51,337 nucleotides of DNA from a bacterium (GCA_011046415.1 DSAP01000185.1:1-51337); one strand, 5' to 3'; positions 31,331 to 41,261 are shown, numbered from the stretch's first letter. Made by a program: numbers and translations. Notes: generated by a model from the letters alone, not told the origin.

Positions 31331-31458
31331 ATATCCGGATGATAATGATGCCATGATATATTCCCCAGGAACAAAACTCGGAATCCTGAATCATCGTGTA
31401 GTAAATAAGGCAATAATTCCCTATTATATTCAGTAATTCAAAAAAAAGGAGACCGGAA

Positions 31459-31749
31459 ATGGAAGACAGAAAAATTTTCATCGACAAGATGTCCGCGAAA
31501 CTGAAAGAATGGGACGCGGAAATCCGGAAACTCGAGGCGAAAGCGGATACCGTCAAGGCAGACGCCAAGGCCGGATATCTCCGGCAAATCGATGAACTGC
31601 GCGGCAGGAAAGAGGAGGCGCGGCAAAAACTCGAAGAAATCCGGGAAGCCGGCGAGGAGGCCTGGGAGGATCTGAAAGAAGGCGCCGAGCAAAGCTGGAA
31701 AATCCTGGGAGATTCCGTCAGGAATGCTTTCGAAAAATTCAAAGGATAA
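31459..31749 (+). CDS. Small coiled-coil protein (Sll1863-like stress family)
   Basis: KLKEWDAEI.KLEAKA...EAWEDLKEGAE..W; GGAG RBS. Confidence 0.75.
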   Translation: MEDRKIFIDKMSAKLKEWDAEIRKLEAKADTVKADAKAGYLRQIDELRGRKEEARQKLEEIREAGEEAWEDLKEGAEQSWKILGDSVRNAFEKFKG

Positions 31750-31756
31750 CCCGGAA

Positions 31757-32533
31757 ATGAAATTCATCAAAAGAAAGACGCCAAAAAAGAAGATCGGATT
31801 GGCACTCGGGGGCGGCGCCGTGCTCGGCGCCGCCCATATCGGCGTCCTGAAGGCGCTCGAGGAATATGACATCCCCATCCGGTATATTTCAGGGACGAGC
31901 ATCGGAGCCTTTATATCCATTTTTTATGCGTTCGGCAAGCGATGGAAAGAGATTGAGGAAATCGCCAAAGAGTTAAACTGGCTGGACGTTTCCGGCTTAT
32001 CGCTTTCGAAACTCGGGCTGCTGTCGAATAAAAAATTGGGAGAACGCATCAAGGAAACGATCGGTGATGTGACCTTTGACCAGGCAGATATTCCCCTTGC
32101 CATGATCGCCACGGACATCACCAGCGGCGAAAAAATTGTTTTCAAAGAAGGCGATGTGATTACGGCCGTCATGGCGAGTACGTGTATTCCCGGAATCTTT
32201 ATTCCGGTGGAAATGGACGACAGATTGCTGGTCGACGGCGGACTGGTCGAGAATGTCCCGGTCTCGCCTTTAAAAGAGATGGGGGCGGATTTCATCATCG
32301 GCGTGGATTTGAATGCCGAGTATTCCCGGAAGAAACCCGAGAATATTGTCGATATTCTGTTGAGATCTTTTGTTTTTACTTTGATGTCCGCAACGGAATC
32401 GCAAAAGGAAAAAGCACATATACTCATCCAGCCGGATTTGTCCGCATTCAACATGGTCGATATCGGCCAGGCGGATGCGTTGATAGAAACAGGATATGAC
32501 GCGGCAAGAACCGTTTTACGAAAGGTGTTTTAG
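31757..32533 (+). CDS. Patatin-like phospholipase (NTE/RssA family)
   Basis: LALGGGAVLGAAHIGVL, GTSIG (GxSxG), LVDGG. Confidence 0.92.
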   Translation: MKFIKRKTPKKKIGLALGGGAVLGAAHIGVLKALEEYDIPIRYISGTSIGAFISIFYAFGKRWKEIEEIAKELNWLDVSGLSLSKLGLLSNKKLGERIKETIGDVTFDQADIPLAMIATDITSGEKIVFKEGDVITAVMASTCIPGIFIPVEMDDRLLVDGGLVENVPVSPLKEMGADFIIGVDLNAEYSRKKPENIVDILLRSFVFTLMSATESQKEKAHILIQPDLSAFNMVDIGQADALIETGYDAARTVLRKVF

Positions 32534-32566
32534 GGAATTTTTATCGGGGAAAGAGAGAGGTCGGAA

Positions 32567-32686
32567 TAAACGACCACCGGCATAGCCGGCGGCTTTTGAT
32601 TGCGGCCAAAGGCCGCGAGTAAAAGAAGGCACGTTCAGTGCCGACCTGTTTAAGATCGTGAACCACTGGCAAAGCCAGTGGTTTGC
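32567..32686. mobile_element. Miniature non-autonomous IS200/IS605-like palindromic element (PATE/MITE-like)
   Basis: Four hairpins: CCACCGGC-ata-GCCGGCGG, GCGGCC-aaa-GGCCGC, GGCAC-gttca-GTGCC, AACCACTGGC-aaa-GCCAGTGGTT. The two terminal hairpins resemble each other and IS200/IS605 subterminal palindromes. No transposase is present. Confidence 0.6.
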
Positions 32687-32854
32687 AAATGATCAATCAA
32701 GGGGCCGCCCGGATCCGGAAATATCCGGTCCCCCGAATCGGGTCGCCTCGCAATCCGTCTCACGGGTCCGGCTACGGGCTGATCCCGGCCCTGGATCAGC
32801 CCGATACTCTGCCTGGACTGCAGACACCCTCTGCGAACCAAGCGGAACCTGACT

Positions 32855-33069
32855 ATGAAACACACTGCGCTTTTCCTGATGTTTATCCCGGGGATTCTTC
32901 CTGCGGCGGAACACCCCCCGCCCCGATCCGCGTCATGACCTTCAATATCGATTACATTTTCGTTTCCGCGGGCATCGCGGTGCTGAAGCACGCCGCCCTC
33001 CCCCATTTCGAGGAAGGACGGCTCCCCTCGGACCATTATCCCGTGTTCGCCGAGATCGTGCTCAGATAA
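32855..33069 (+). pseudogene. Endonuclease/exonuclease/phosphatase (EEP) family remnant with the core deleted and the signal peptide frameshifted
   Basis: First EEP motif PIRVMTFNI is joined directly to the last motifs DYIFVS...PSDHYPVFAEI. The signal peptide MKHTALFLMFIPGIL is one frame off. Confidence 0.8.
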
Positions 33070-33249
33070 TCCGGATGACACCCTCCTTCCGTTTTCCGCT
33101 TGCATTTTTCACGGGCATTGATTATCCTTTGGACATACAAAAGACGTCCGGGCGACAGGATACGAACCGGATTTCGGGCGTCCAACCCGGCACAGGAACA
33201 AGGGTGCCGAATGAGGCATATGAACCGCATCCCGTTAACGACGGGGAAC

Positions 33250-33945
33250 ATGATCTTAAAACTTGCCATACTGATCCTGATGTCGTGCGGCTTTTTATCC
33301 TGCCGGGACAGGGCGGCCGGCCCGGAACCCGAAAGCGACCCTTTCGTGATCGAGAATCTGGGTGTCGTCTTCGGGCCCTGGAACAGGGAAACCGGCCGGG
33401 CCGGAGATTTTCTCTTCCGGGATATCGGCAGTATCCCGAAAATCGTATCCGAATTCGGCACCGAAGTGGTCGCCCATGACGGGTCGACGAAACGGCTGCC
33501 CACGATCGACTTCGTCGTCCGGGAGGATGCGCCCGTCCTCGCCGCGGCGGAGGGACGGGTGGACCGTATCTTTTATCAGGAGGGTGCGCGGGACTGGGAG
33601 ATCATCGTCCGGTCATCGAACGATCCCGATTTCGAGGTGATCTACGACCACCTGGTCGGACTGCGGGTCGAAACGGGAGACCGGATCGCACCCGGCGACA
33701 CGCTCGGTCATCCCCGGCCCCTGTTCGGGGGTCTCGGCGTCTTCGAGCTCATGGTGACGAACCGTGCGACGGGACTCGCCTATTGTCCCTTCTGTTTTTT
33801 CGATCCGGAACGGATCGAAGAGGCCCGGGAGCAACTTCTCAGGCTCATTCACGACTGGGAAACGTTCCGAGACGACATCACGATTCACGATGAATCCGCC
33901 TATGTCTATGCCGGCTGCCTGATGGAATCCATGATGAGTTATTGA
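33250..33945 (+). CDS. Lipoprotein with degenerate M23/LytM-like domain
   Basis: Lipobox FLS-C; IDF....APVLAAAEGRV, YDHL..L.V..GDRI..GDTLG. The canonical HxxxD and HxH histidines are absent. Confidence 0.7.
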   Translation: MILKLAILILMSCGFLSCRDRAAGPEPESDPFVIENLGVVFGPWNRETGRAGDFLFRDIGSIPKIVSEFGTEVVAHDGSTKRLPTIDFVVREDAPVLAAAEGRVDRIFYQEGARDWEIIVRSSNDPDFEVIYDHLVGLRVETGDRIAPGDTLGHPRPLFGGLGVFELMVTNRATGLAYCPFCFFDPERIEEAREQLLRLIHDWETFRDDITIHDESAYVYAGCLMESMMSY

Positions 33946-34085
33946 GACAATCGCCGGTGCGCAAAAACCGGATCGTGAGAACTTCTCAAGGCGCTTTAGG
34001 GAAACAGAATAGGCCGAACCGGTTCAACCCGAGAGAAAGGATAATCCCGGGGATTCCTCCGGATTTCCGGGATGAGACACATTTC

Positions 34086-35174
34086 ATGGAATACAGACCT
34101 TACGGAAAAACAGACGCGAAAGTCTCGGTGCTGGGATTCGGCGCGATGCGGTTCGCACATCCCGAAGACACGGAGGATTCGGCCGCCACGGTACTCCATG
34201 CCTTCGAGAAGGGCGTGAACTATTTCGACACGGCGCCCGGGTATTGTGAAGACCAATCCGAAATCATCATCGGACGCGCCGTCGTCGAAATGATAAAGAG
34301 CGGCAGGCCCTTCTATGTCTCCACCAAATCCGGCGGCAAAACAGCGGGGGACGTCCGAAGGGATCTGGAGACATCGCTCAGGCGGCTGGGTCTCGAGACG
34401 ATCGACTTCTATCATTGCTGGTGTGTGATGACCCTGGAGGACTGGCGGAACCGCCTGAGCGGCGGGGCGGTCCGGGAAATCCTCAAGGCCCGGGACGAAG
34501 GGCTGATCCGCCATTCGGTCGTCTCCACGCATCTGCCGGGACCGGAGATCCATCATCTCCTGGAAGACGGCTATTTCGAAGGGGTGACGCTCGGATATTC
34601 GGCGATCAATTTCATCTACCGGGAAGCGGGCATCCGGGCCGCGGCCGATCGCGGCCTCGGGGTGACGGTCATGAATCCGCTGGGCGGCGGGATCATCCCG
34701 CAGAATGAAGAAACATTCTCCTTCATCAAGACAAATCCGGATCAATCCATGGTCGAGGCCGGATTGCAATTCCTGAAAGCCCAACCCGGAATCTCGACCC
34801 TGATCGCGGGATTCCGGAACCGGGCCGACGTGGACGATGCGGTCCGGGCCGTCGGACAGGACGCCCCCTATCCCGCCGGTCACATGGAAAGTCTGCGCCG
34901 GAAGCTCAGGGACCATTTCGACCGGCTGTGCACCGTGTGCACGTATTGCCGGGACTGTCCCGAAGGCATCGAGGTCTGGAAATACATGGAGGCCGCGAAT
35001 TACTTCATGATCCGGGCGTCCGATACGCCCTTTGACCGGCTGAAATGGCACTGGGACAAGAAGATCGACGAACTGGACCGGTGCACGCAGTGCCGGCTGT
35101 GCGAGGAGGTTTGCACCCAGCGGCTCCCCATCCTCGAACGGTTCGGGCAGTTGCGGACCGGGAAACCCGGATGA
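34086..35174 (+). CDS. Aldo/keto reductase with C-terminal 4Fe-4S dicluster domain
   Basis: VSVLGFGAMR, YFDTAPGY, STK, MNPLGGG; CTVCTYCRDCP and CTQCRLCEEVCTQ. Confidence 0.92.
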   Translation: MEYRPYGKTDAKVSVLGFGAMRFAHPEDTEDSAATVLHAFEKGVNYFDTAPGYCEDQSEIIIGRAVVEMIKSGRPFYVSTKSGGKTAGDVRRDLETSLRRLGLETIDFYHCWCVMTLEDWRNRLSGGAVREILKARDEGLIRHSVVSTHLPGPEIHHLLEDGYFEGVTLGYSAINFIYREAGIRAAADRGLGVTVMNPLGGGIIPQNEETFSFIKTNPDQSMVEAGLQFLKAQPGISTLIAGFRNRADVDDAVRAVGQDAPYPAGHMESLRRKLRDHFDRLCTVCTYCRDCPEGIEVWKYMEAANYFMIRASDTPFDRLKWHWDKKIDELDRCTQCRLCEEVCTQRLPILERFGQLRTGKPG

Positions 35175-35180
35175 CCCGGT

Positions 35181-36184
35181 ATGTCTAAAAATCCCGGAAA
35201 AAAGAAACGTGCCTTACCGGTTTTATTCAGTCCGCCGGTCCTGGCCGTCCTCTTCATCACGACCACGGCCGGCGCACAGAAAGTTTGGATGACGGATCCC
35301 GGAATGATACATGCTTGTGAGGATGAATCCGGATCTCTAGCCTTCAGGGAGGCCGGTCCGGATGAATTTGCCTTCGATACCGGCGTCCTGCGCGGCAGGC
35401 TGCGTGCCGGCGGCAGGCCCGCAGGCCTGACTGCGGTGATCCATGTACCCACCGGACTTTCCGTGGACCGCAGCCACGGCCTGGTCAACCATTACCGCGT
35501 TTTCACCACGGGTGAACGCTACGGCCGCGGCATGCGGGACACGCCGGGAGAGGCGCGCCTGCTTGCGGACGGCGGAGTGGAGGCGCTCTGGCCCGCGACC
35601 GGGGACCGGCCCTTCGAATTGCGGACGTGTTACCGGTGGGCCGGTCCGGCTATCCTCGACATTTGGACCGTCGCGACCGCAAAAGCGGATCTCACGGCAT
35701 TCGAAGTGTTTCTCGCCTCCTATTTTCAGGAGGGTTTCACCCATTCGCTCGTTTATTCCACGACCCCGGAGACAGCAAACAGGGAGAATTCATCGCCGCG
35801 GACAGGATGCTCGGTGACTGGCTCATTTTTCCCCGGGATTCGTCGGTCATCCCCGTGATACGGGACGGCCGCTGGAACCGGCCGCCCAGCCCGATCGGAT
35901 GGACCGTCATGCCGCCGTTTTGCCTTCCGCTCGGAGTCCGCCGCGATCCGATCACCGGCCTGACCGCCCTTTTGATGTCGCCGCCCGAATATTGTTTCGC
36001 CGTGTCCACACCCTACGGGACGGAGAGCCATTATTCCCTCTATCTCTCCCTGTTCGGCCGCGATCTCGGGGCCGGGGAAACCGTCGTCTCGCGATCCCGC
36101 CTGTTGATCGGACTCGGATTATCCGAGGAGGAAATACAAGACGCGTACAGGACCTATGTGGCCGGTTTGGACTCTCACCCCTGA
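35181..36184 (+). CDS. Exported hypothetical beta-rich protein, split by an apparent -1 frameshift at about the C4 run 35764-35767
   Basis: Signal-like N-terminus. ORFs 35181-35858 and 35627-36184 join into ...VYSTTPGDSKQGEFIAADRM... if one C is added. Confidence 0.65.
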
Positions 36185-36268
36185 ATGACACCTGAGAGTC
36201 ACAAAATATAACACGGAATTCAACACGTCGGTTTTTTCAGGAAAATATTTACCCGAACAAGAGGGTCT

Positions 36269-38125
36269 ATGCCGAACGATCAGATCGTCATCCTTATCGT
36301 GCTGACTGCGACGATGGTCCTGTTCCTGTGGGGACGCTGGCGCCATGATTTGGTGGCCATGGCCGCCCTGATGATTTGCGTGATGTCCGGCATCGTCCCG
36401 GGCAGGGCGGCTTTCTCCGGATTCGGCCATCCGGCCGTGATCACCGTGGCGAGCGTGCTCGTACTCGGTTACGGCCTCCGGATTACCGGCGCGGTGGATG
36501 TACTCGCGCGGCGCCTGCTCCCGGCATCGGCCGGAATTATGCCCGGTATCCTGGCGCTCTGCGGTCTGGCCGGTCTCCTTTCCTGCTTCATGAACAACGT
36601 GGGCGCCCTCGCGCTGCTGATGCCGATCGCCATTCAGATGGCCGGCAAACACGACCTGCCTCCCGGCAAGTTCCTGATGCCGCTCGCCTTCGGTTCGATC
36701 CTGGGCGGCATGACGACGCTGATCGGACCCCCCCCGAACCTGATCGTCTCCGGATTCCGGGCGACCTCCGGGATGGGACATTTCGGAATGTTCGATTTCA
36801 CGCCGGTCGGCCTGTCCGTGGCCGTGATCGGCATTCTCTTCATGGGTCTGATCGGATGGCGGCTGGTTCCCCGGCGAAAACAACACGCCGACGGGGGGTT
36901 TGAATCCGGCGCATACCTCAGCGAAGTCCGGATCGTGGAAGGCAGCCGGGCGGCGGACAAGCGGATCCGGGAGGTTGAACAAATACTCGACGAAGCGGAT
37001 GCGCAGATCATCGCGATGGTGCGAAATGACGTCCGCATACCCGCCCCGAATCCCTCCCGGATCCTCCGGGAGGGAGACATTCTGGTCGTCGAGGTCGAAC
37101 CGGAATCCCTGTCGTCGGTGCTTTCGGATCTGGGAGTGAAACTGGAAGGAGATATGCCCGCCGACGCGGAGGAAACCGACGAAGAAGCCGTAAAAGAAAA
37201 CACGGACAAGGAAAAAAACCAAAACCATTCCCGGGATGAGGACAGGGCGACGGAAAAAACCCAGTCGGACGAGATCACGATCCAGGAACTGGTCGTAACG
37301 CCGAACTCGGCCCTGGCCGGTCGTTCCGCATCGGATATCCAATTACGCACCCTGTATGGCATCAATCTGCTGGCCCTGTCCCGCAAGGGACGGCGCTCGG
37401 TCAGACGACTCAAATCCACTCCGGTCCGTGCCGGCGATGTCTTGCTCATGCAGGGCGCACGGGAGGCGTTGTCCGGTTTTGCCGCCGATTACAGATGCCT
37501 GCCGCTGGCCGCACGCGATATCCGGATTCCGAAAAAGGGGCTGGCGCTCACTGCGGTGCTCATCATGGTCCTCGCGGTCGGCGCGGCCGCACTGGGACTG
37601 CTTCCCGCGGCCGTCTCGTTCACGGCGGGGGTGGTCGTCTTTGTCGCGCTCGGCATCGTCCCGCTGCGCTCCGTCTACACGGCGATCGACTGGCCGGTGA
37701 TCGTCCTGCTCGGCGCGATGCTGCCGGTCGCCGATGCGATGGCGACAACCGGCGCGGCCGACCTGATCGCGCGCTTCCTGATCGAGACCGTCGCGCGTGG
37801 ACACGCCGTCGCCGTGCTGACGCTGCTGCTGGTCATGACCATGTTCCTTTCAGACCTGATGAACAACGCCGCCACGGCCGCCGTGATGTGCCCGATCGCC
37901 CTCGGCGCCGCCCACCGGCTCGGCGTGAACGGAGACGGCTTTCTGATGGCCGTCGCCGTGGGGGCCTCATGCGCCTTCCTGACACCCATCGGCCACCAGA
38001 ACAACACCCTCATCCTCGGCCCGGGCGGTTTCCGCTTCGGCGATTACTGGCGTCTGGGTCTGATTCTGGAGATCATCGTCATTGCGGTCGGCATCCCCAT
38101 GATTCTCCGGATATGGCCGCTCTGA
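36269..38125 (+). CDS. SLC13/CitMHS-type anion permease with two TrkA-C (RCK_C) domains
   Basis: FSGFGHPAVITV, MNNVGA, GG..TLIGPPPNL, two RCK_C repeats, LTPIGHQNN..I.GPGGFRFGDYWR. Confidence 0.92.
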   Translation: MPNDQIVILIVLTATMVLFLWGRWRHDLVAMAALMICVMSGIVPGRAAFSGFGHPAVITVASVLVLGYGLRITGAVDVLARRLLPASAGIMPGILALCGLAGLLSCFMNNVGALALLMPIAIQMAGKHDLPPGKFLMPLAFGSILGGMTTLIGPPPNLIVSGFRATSGMGHFGMFDFTPVGLSVAVIGILFMGLIGWRLVPRRKQHADGGFESGAYLSEVRIVEGSRAADKRIREVEQILDEADAQIIAMVRNDVRIPAPNPSRILREGDILVVEVEPESLSSVLSDLGVKLEGDMPADAEETDEEAVKENTDKEKNQNHSRDEDRATEKTQSDEITIQELVVTPNSALAGRSASDIQLRTLYGINLLALSRKGRRSVRRLKSTPVRAGDVLLMQGAREALSGFAADYRCLPLAARDIRIPKKGLALTAVLIMVLAVGAAALGLLPAAVSFTAGVVVFVALGIVPLRSVYTAIDWPVIVLLGAMLPVADAMATTGAADLIARFLIETVARGHAVAVLTLLLVMTMFLSDLMNNAATAAVMCPIALGAAHRLGVNGDGFLMAVAVGASCAFLTPIGHQNNTLILGPGGFRFGDYWRLGLILEIIVIAVGIPMILRIWPL

Positions 38126-38159
38126 CGCTTTTTGTTAAAAACGAACCCCGGGAGGTCTT

Positions 38160-38879
38160 ATGAAAACCACGCATGAAAACGAACATCCGAATCGCCTCAG
38201 CCGCCGTGACTTCCTCGCCGTCTCGACGGGCGCGGCACTTCTGTTATCCACGGACGGATTTCCGGAACAATTGGAAACCGGGCGGGCATATCTCCTCCCG
38301 CCCCTGCCGTATCCCGGCGAAGCCCTCGAACCCGTGATTTCGCAGAGAACCCTCGAATTTCATTTCGGCAGACATCACCGGGGATATGTGGACAACCTGA
38401 ACCGGCTCGTGGCGGGCACGAAGCTCGAAGGATTGTCTCTGAAAGAAATCATCCTGGAAACGGCGGAAAAGGCGGATAAGGCCTCGGTGTTCAACAACGC
38501 AGCGCAGGTCTGGAATCACACATTTTACTGGCACAGCCTGCGTCCGGGAGGCGGGGGCGAACCGCCCGAGGCCCTCAAAGAGAGGATTGAGGCATCCTTC
38601 GGGACCGTGGATGCGTGCAGAAAGGAACTGGCGGCCGCGGCGGCGGCACAGTTCGGAAGCGGCTGGGCCTGGCTGGTTCAGGACGGCGGGAAACTCCGGG
38701 TCACCCGGACCGGAAACGCGGATGTGCCCTTCACCGCCGGGCTGATACCGTTGCTGACGATCGACGTGTGGGAGCATGCCTATTATCTCGATTATCAGAA
38801 CCGGCGCGGCGATTATGTGGAAGCGGTTCTGGATAAGCTGATCAACTGGGATTTCGCGGCGGAGAATCTCGGCGGATAG
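38160..38879 (+). CDS. sodB: Superoxide dismutase, Fe-type signature, with Tat signal peptide
   Basis: SRRDFL leader; [32 protein letters not shown]. Confidence 0.92.
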   Translation: MKTTHENEHPNRLSRRDFLAVSTGAALLLSTDGFPEQLETGRAYLLPPLPYPGEALEPVISQRTLEFHFGRHHRGYVDNLNRLVAGTKLEGLSLKEIILETAEKADKASVFNNAAQVWNHTFYWHSLRPGGGGEPPEALKERIEASFGTVDACRKELAAAAAAQFGSGWAWLVQDGGKLRVTRTGNADVPFTAGLIPLLTIDVWEHAYYLDYQNRRGDYVEAVLDKLINWDFAAENLGG

Positions 38880-38955
38880 GCCAAAGAGATCCGGCAACCT
38901 GTCACGGGATGAGTGGGAACGCCGAGCCCGCCAAACTTAACCGGATCGGCCCGGT

Positions 38956-40215
38956 TCATCCGGCGGCGGACTGGCCGGCCAGCCAGCCGGTCGAAAATGC
39001 GGCCTGCAGGTTGTATCCCCCGGTGTCGGCGTCGACATCCATCACCTCGCCGGCAAAATAGAGCCCCTTCACGATGACGGACTCGAGCGTCCTGGAATGG
39101 ATTTCGTCCAGCGCCACGCCGCCGGCCGTGATGATGGCCTCCTGCCACCCCCGGTGTCCCGTGATCCTGAGCCGGAAACCTTTGAGCCAGAGACGGAGTC
39201 GCTTGCGTTCGTCCGCGGTGATCTGATTGCCCGGCTTGTCCGGATCAATCCGGACGGCATCGAGACAGACCGGAACGACCCGCTGGGGAAGCAGTGATTT
39301 CAGGGTAGATTTCAGGTGTTGTTTTCCGTGCGCCTCGAATTCCCGCAGCAGCCGTGCATCGAATTTCTTCTCATCGAGCGCGGGTTTGAAATCGACGGCG
39401 ATTTCCGGGGTCTTTCCCCCATCGAGCAGATCGACCGCCCGGCGGCTCAGCGTGAGGATGATGGGCCCGGAAAGCCCGAAATGGGTGAAGAGCATCTCCC
39501 CGAATGCTTGTCCGGCCTTTCTTCCGTCACACCAGAGCGAGGCGTTCACGTTGCGCAGACTGATTCCCTGGAGGCGCTGCGCCTGATCACCGTCCGTGAT
39601 CAGCGGAACCAATGCGGGTCGGACGGGGACGAAGGCGTGACCCGCGGCTTTCGCCAGCCGGATCCCGTCGCCGATGGAACCCGTGGCGGGATAGGAAGAT
39701 CCGCCCGCGGCCAGGATGACCGCATCGGCCGGCCACTCGCTTCCGTCCCGGCAGACCACGCCCCCCGCACGGTTGTCCTGCACGACCAGACTCCGGACGG
39801 GGTGTCTCGTGACGATCCGGACTCCGTTTTTTTCCGCGAAATGCGTCAGGGCGGCCACCACATCCCGTGCATCCTGGCTGGCGGGAAAGACCCGGCCTCC
39901 CCGTTCCGTCACGGTCGCCACGCCGAGTGAATCCAGCAAATCGATGAGCTTCTCGCTGAAAAACGCACCGAATGCGGGCTTCAGGAAACGTGCGTTCGGG
40001 CCGAAATGGGAGAGAAATGCCTGAACCGGTGAGATGTTGGTAAGGTTACATCGCCCCTTGCCCGAGATGCGCAGCTTGCGGCCGCAGGCGGGCATTTTTT
40101 CGAGGAGCACGACATCCGCCCCTCTCTGTGCCGCCCGCCCGGCGGCGAGGAGACCGGACGCCCCGCCGCCGACCACGATGATTCTCTTCCCGGAATTCGT
40201 CATCGATTTTCTCAC
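38956..40215 (-). CDS. HI0933/YhiN-family NAD(P)/FAD-dependent flavoprotein
   Basis: GGGASG, ISGKGRCNLTN, LFTHFGLSGP, TAGGV, GEVMDVDADTGGYNLQAAFSTG. Confidence 0.95.
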   Translation of the reverse strand: MRKSMTNSGKRIIVVGGGASGLLAAGRAAQRGADVVLLEKMPACGRKLRISGKGRCNLTNISPVQAFLSHFGPNARFLKPAFGAFFSEKLIDLLDSLGVATVTERGGRVFPASQDARDVVAALTHFAEKNGVRIVTRHPVRSLVVQDNRAGGVVCRDGSEWPADAVILAAGGSSYPATGSIGDGIRLAKAAGHAFVPVRPALVPLITDGDQAQRLQGISLRNVNASLWCDGRKAGQAFGEMLFTHFGLSGPIILTLSRRAVDLLDGGKTPEIAVDFKPALDEKKFDARLLREFEAHGKQHLKSTLKSLLPQRVVPVCLDAVRIDPDKPGNQITADERKRLRLWLKGFRLRITGHRGWQEAIITAGGVALDEIHSRTLESVIVKGLYFAGEVMDVDADTGGYNLQAAFSTGWLAGQSAAG

Positions 40216-40226
40216 CGCCGCCTTGC

Positions 40227-41261
40227 TCAGCGGTTTCCGGTCAGCCGGTCGACATCGAAGCCTTCGCGTTCGAGCAGCGTCTTGTGTTTCCGGAGGACTC
40301 CGACGATCGACTCGGCCGGGACCGCGATGCTGAGCCCGTAATTGATGTTTTCCCGATACCGCACATAGACCGGGCCTTCATAGGGCGTCTGTGCATCGTA
40401 ACCGATATCCGTCTCGGGAACGAGGATATTCTCGTTGTCGGAATAACTGGATGTGGCCATGCCCACGATCTCGAAGTTGGGCACACCGTCCCGGATGGCC
40501 AGGATGAGCCCGCCGCTGAATCCGCGGTTAAAGAGCGCATCGACCAGAAAAGGCTGATCTCCCCGCGGGCTGGGACCGCTTACGAGCCCTTTGGTGATGA
40601 CCTGCCGCCCCTTGGGATAACCGGCCAGATAGACGAAAGAACCCCATTCGAGATCGGCTGCCCGCCCGATCGGATAGCCGATGACCGGCACGGGCACTGA
40701 CGGCGGACGGTCGAATGTTTTCACGATCAGTGCCACGTCCGCCTCGTCATCGCGGACCAGAAGCCGCGTGGGGCCGTGCTCCTTCAGGTCGGTGCTCGAG
40801 ATGTCCTGACCTCTCTTGACCGAGACGCACTGGATGTAAAACGGCAATCCGGTCTTCTCGTCGCGAAAATAAGTTTGGGTCGTATCGGGTTTCCTGAAAA
40901 TATGGGCGCAGGAGAGGAGCAGGACCTTCCGCTCTGTGTAGGCCAGGATTGTGGCCGTCCCGCCTACCGTGGTTTGCGAGAAACGGATCTTGTATGCTTT
41001 TTTCAGGCTCTCGGGATCGATCTGCCCGGGCGGCAGGGCATCCGCTTTCGTGAACAGATAATCGTCATATCGGGTCATTGAGAGGATACGGACCACGCTC
41101 CGCGTGATTTCTCCGAGTTCCCCGGATGCGTTCCGGTATGGGAATTCGGTATCATATTTTCCGTCCCGCAGCGTCGGGTAGGCGGCATGGCGGATGGTTC
41201 GTGTGCATGCGGCGAGACACAGCAGGACCGCCGCGATTTCGAAGTATCGAAAAATTCTCAT
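40227..41261 (-). CDS. Trypsin-like (S1) serine protease lipoprotein
   Basis: Lipobox LAA-C; SCAH, DVAL and GFSGG triad motifs; GYP.G. Confidence 0.8.
   Translation of the reverse strand: MRIFRYFEIAAVLLCLAACTRTIRHAAYPTLRDGKYDTEFPYRNASGELGEITRSVVRILSMTRYDDYLFTKADALPPGQIDPESLKKAYKIRFSQTTVGGTATILAYTERKVLLLSCAHIFRKPDTTQTYFRDEKTGLPFYIQCVSVKRGQDISSTDLKEHGPTRLLVRDDEADVALIVKTFDRPPSVPVPVIGYPIGRAADLEWGSFVYLAGYPKGRQVITKGLVSGPSPRGDQPFLVDALFNRGFSGGLILAIRDGVPNFEIVGMATSSYSDNENILVPETDIGYDAQTPYEGPVYVRYRENINYGLSIAVPAESIVGVLRKHKTLLEREGFDVDRLTGNR

Noticed and set aside
32567-32686. Mini CRISPR array interpretation of the repeated hairpins
   Set aside because: Only two imperfectly similar units, no regular spacers and no cas genes.
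37140-37275. Acidic low-complexity stretch in the permease as an insertion or repeat
   Set aside because: It is an in-frame linker between the two RCK_C domains with no nucleotide periodicity.
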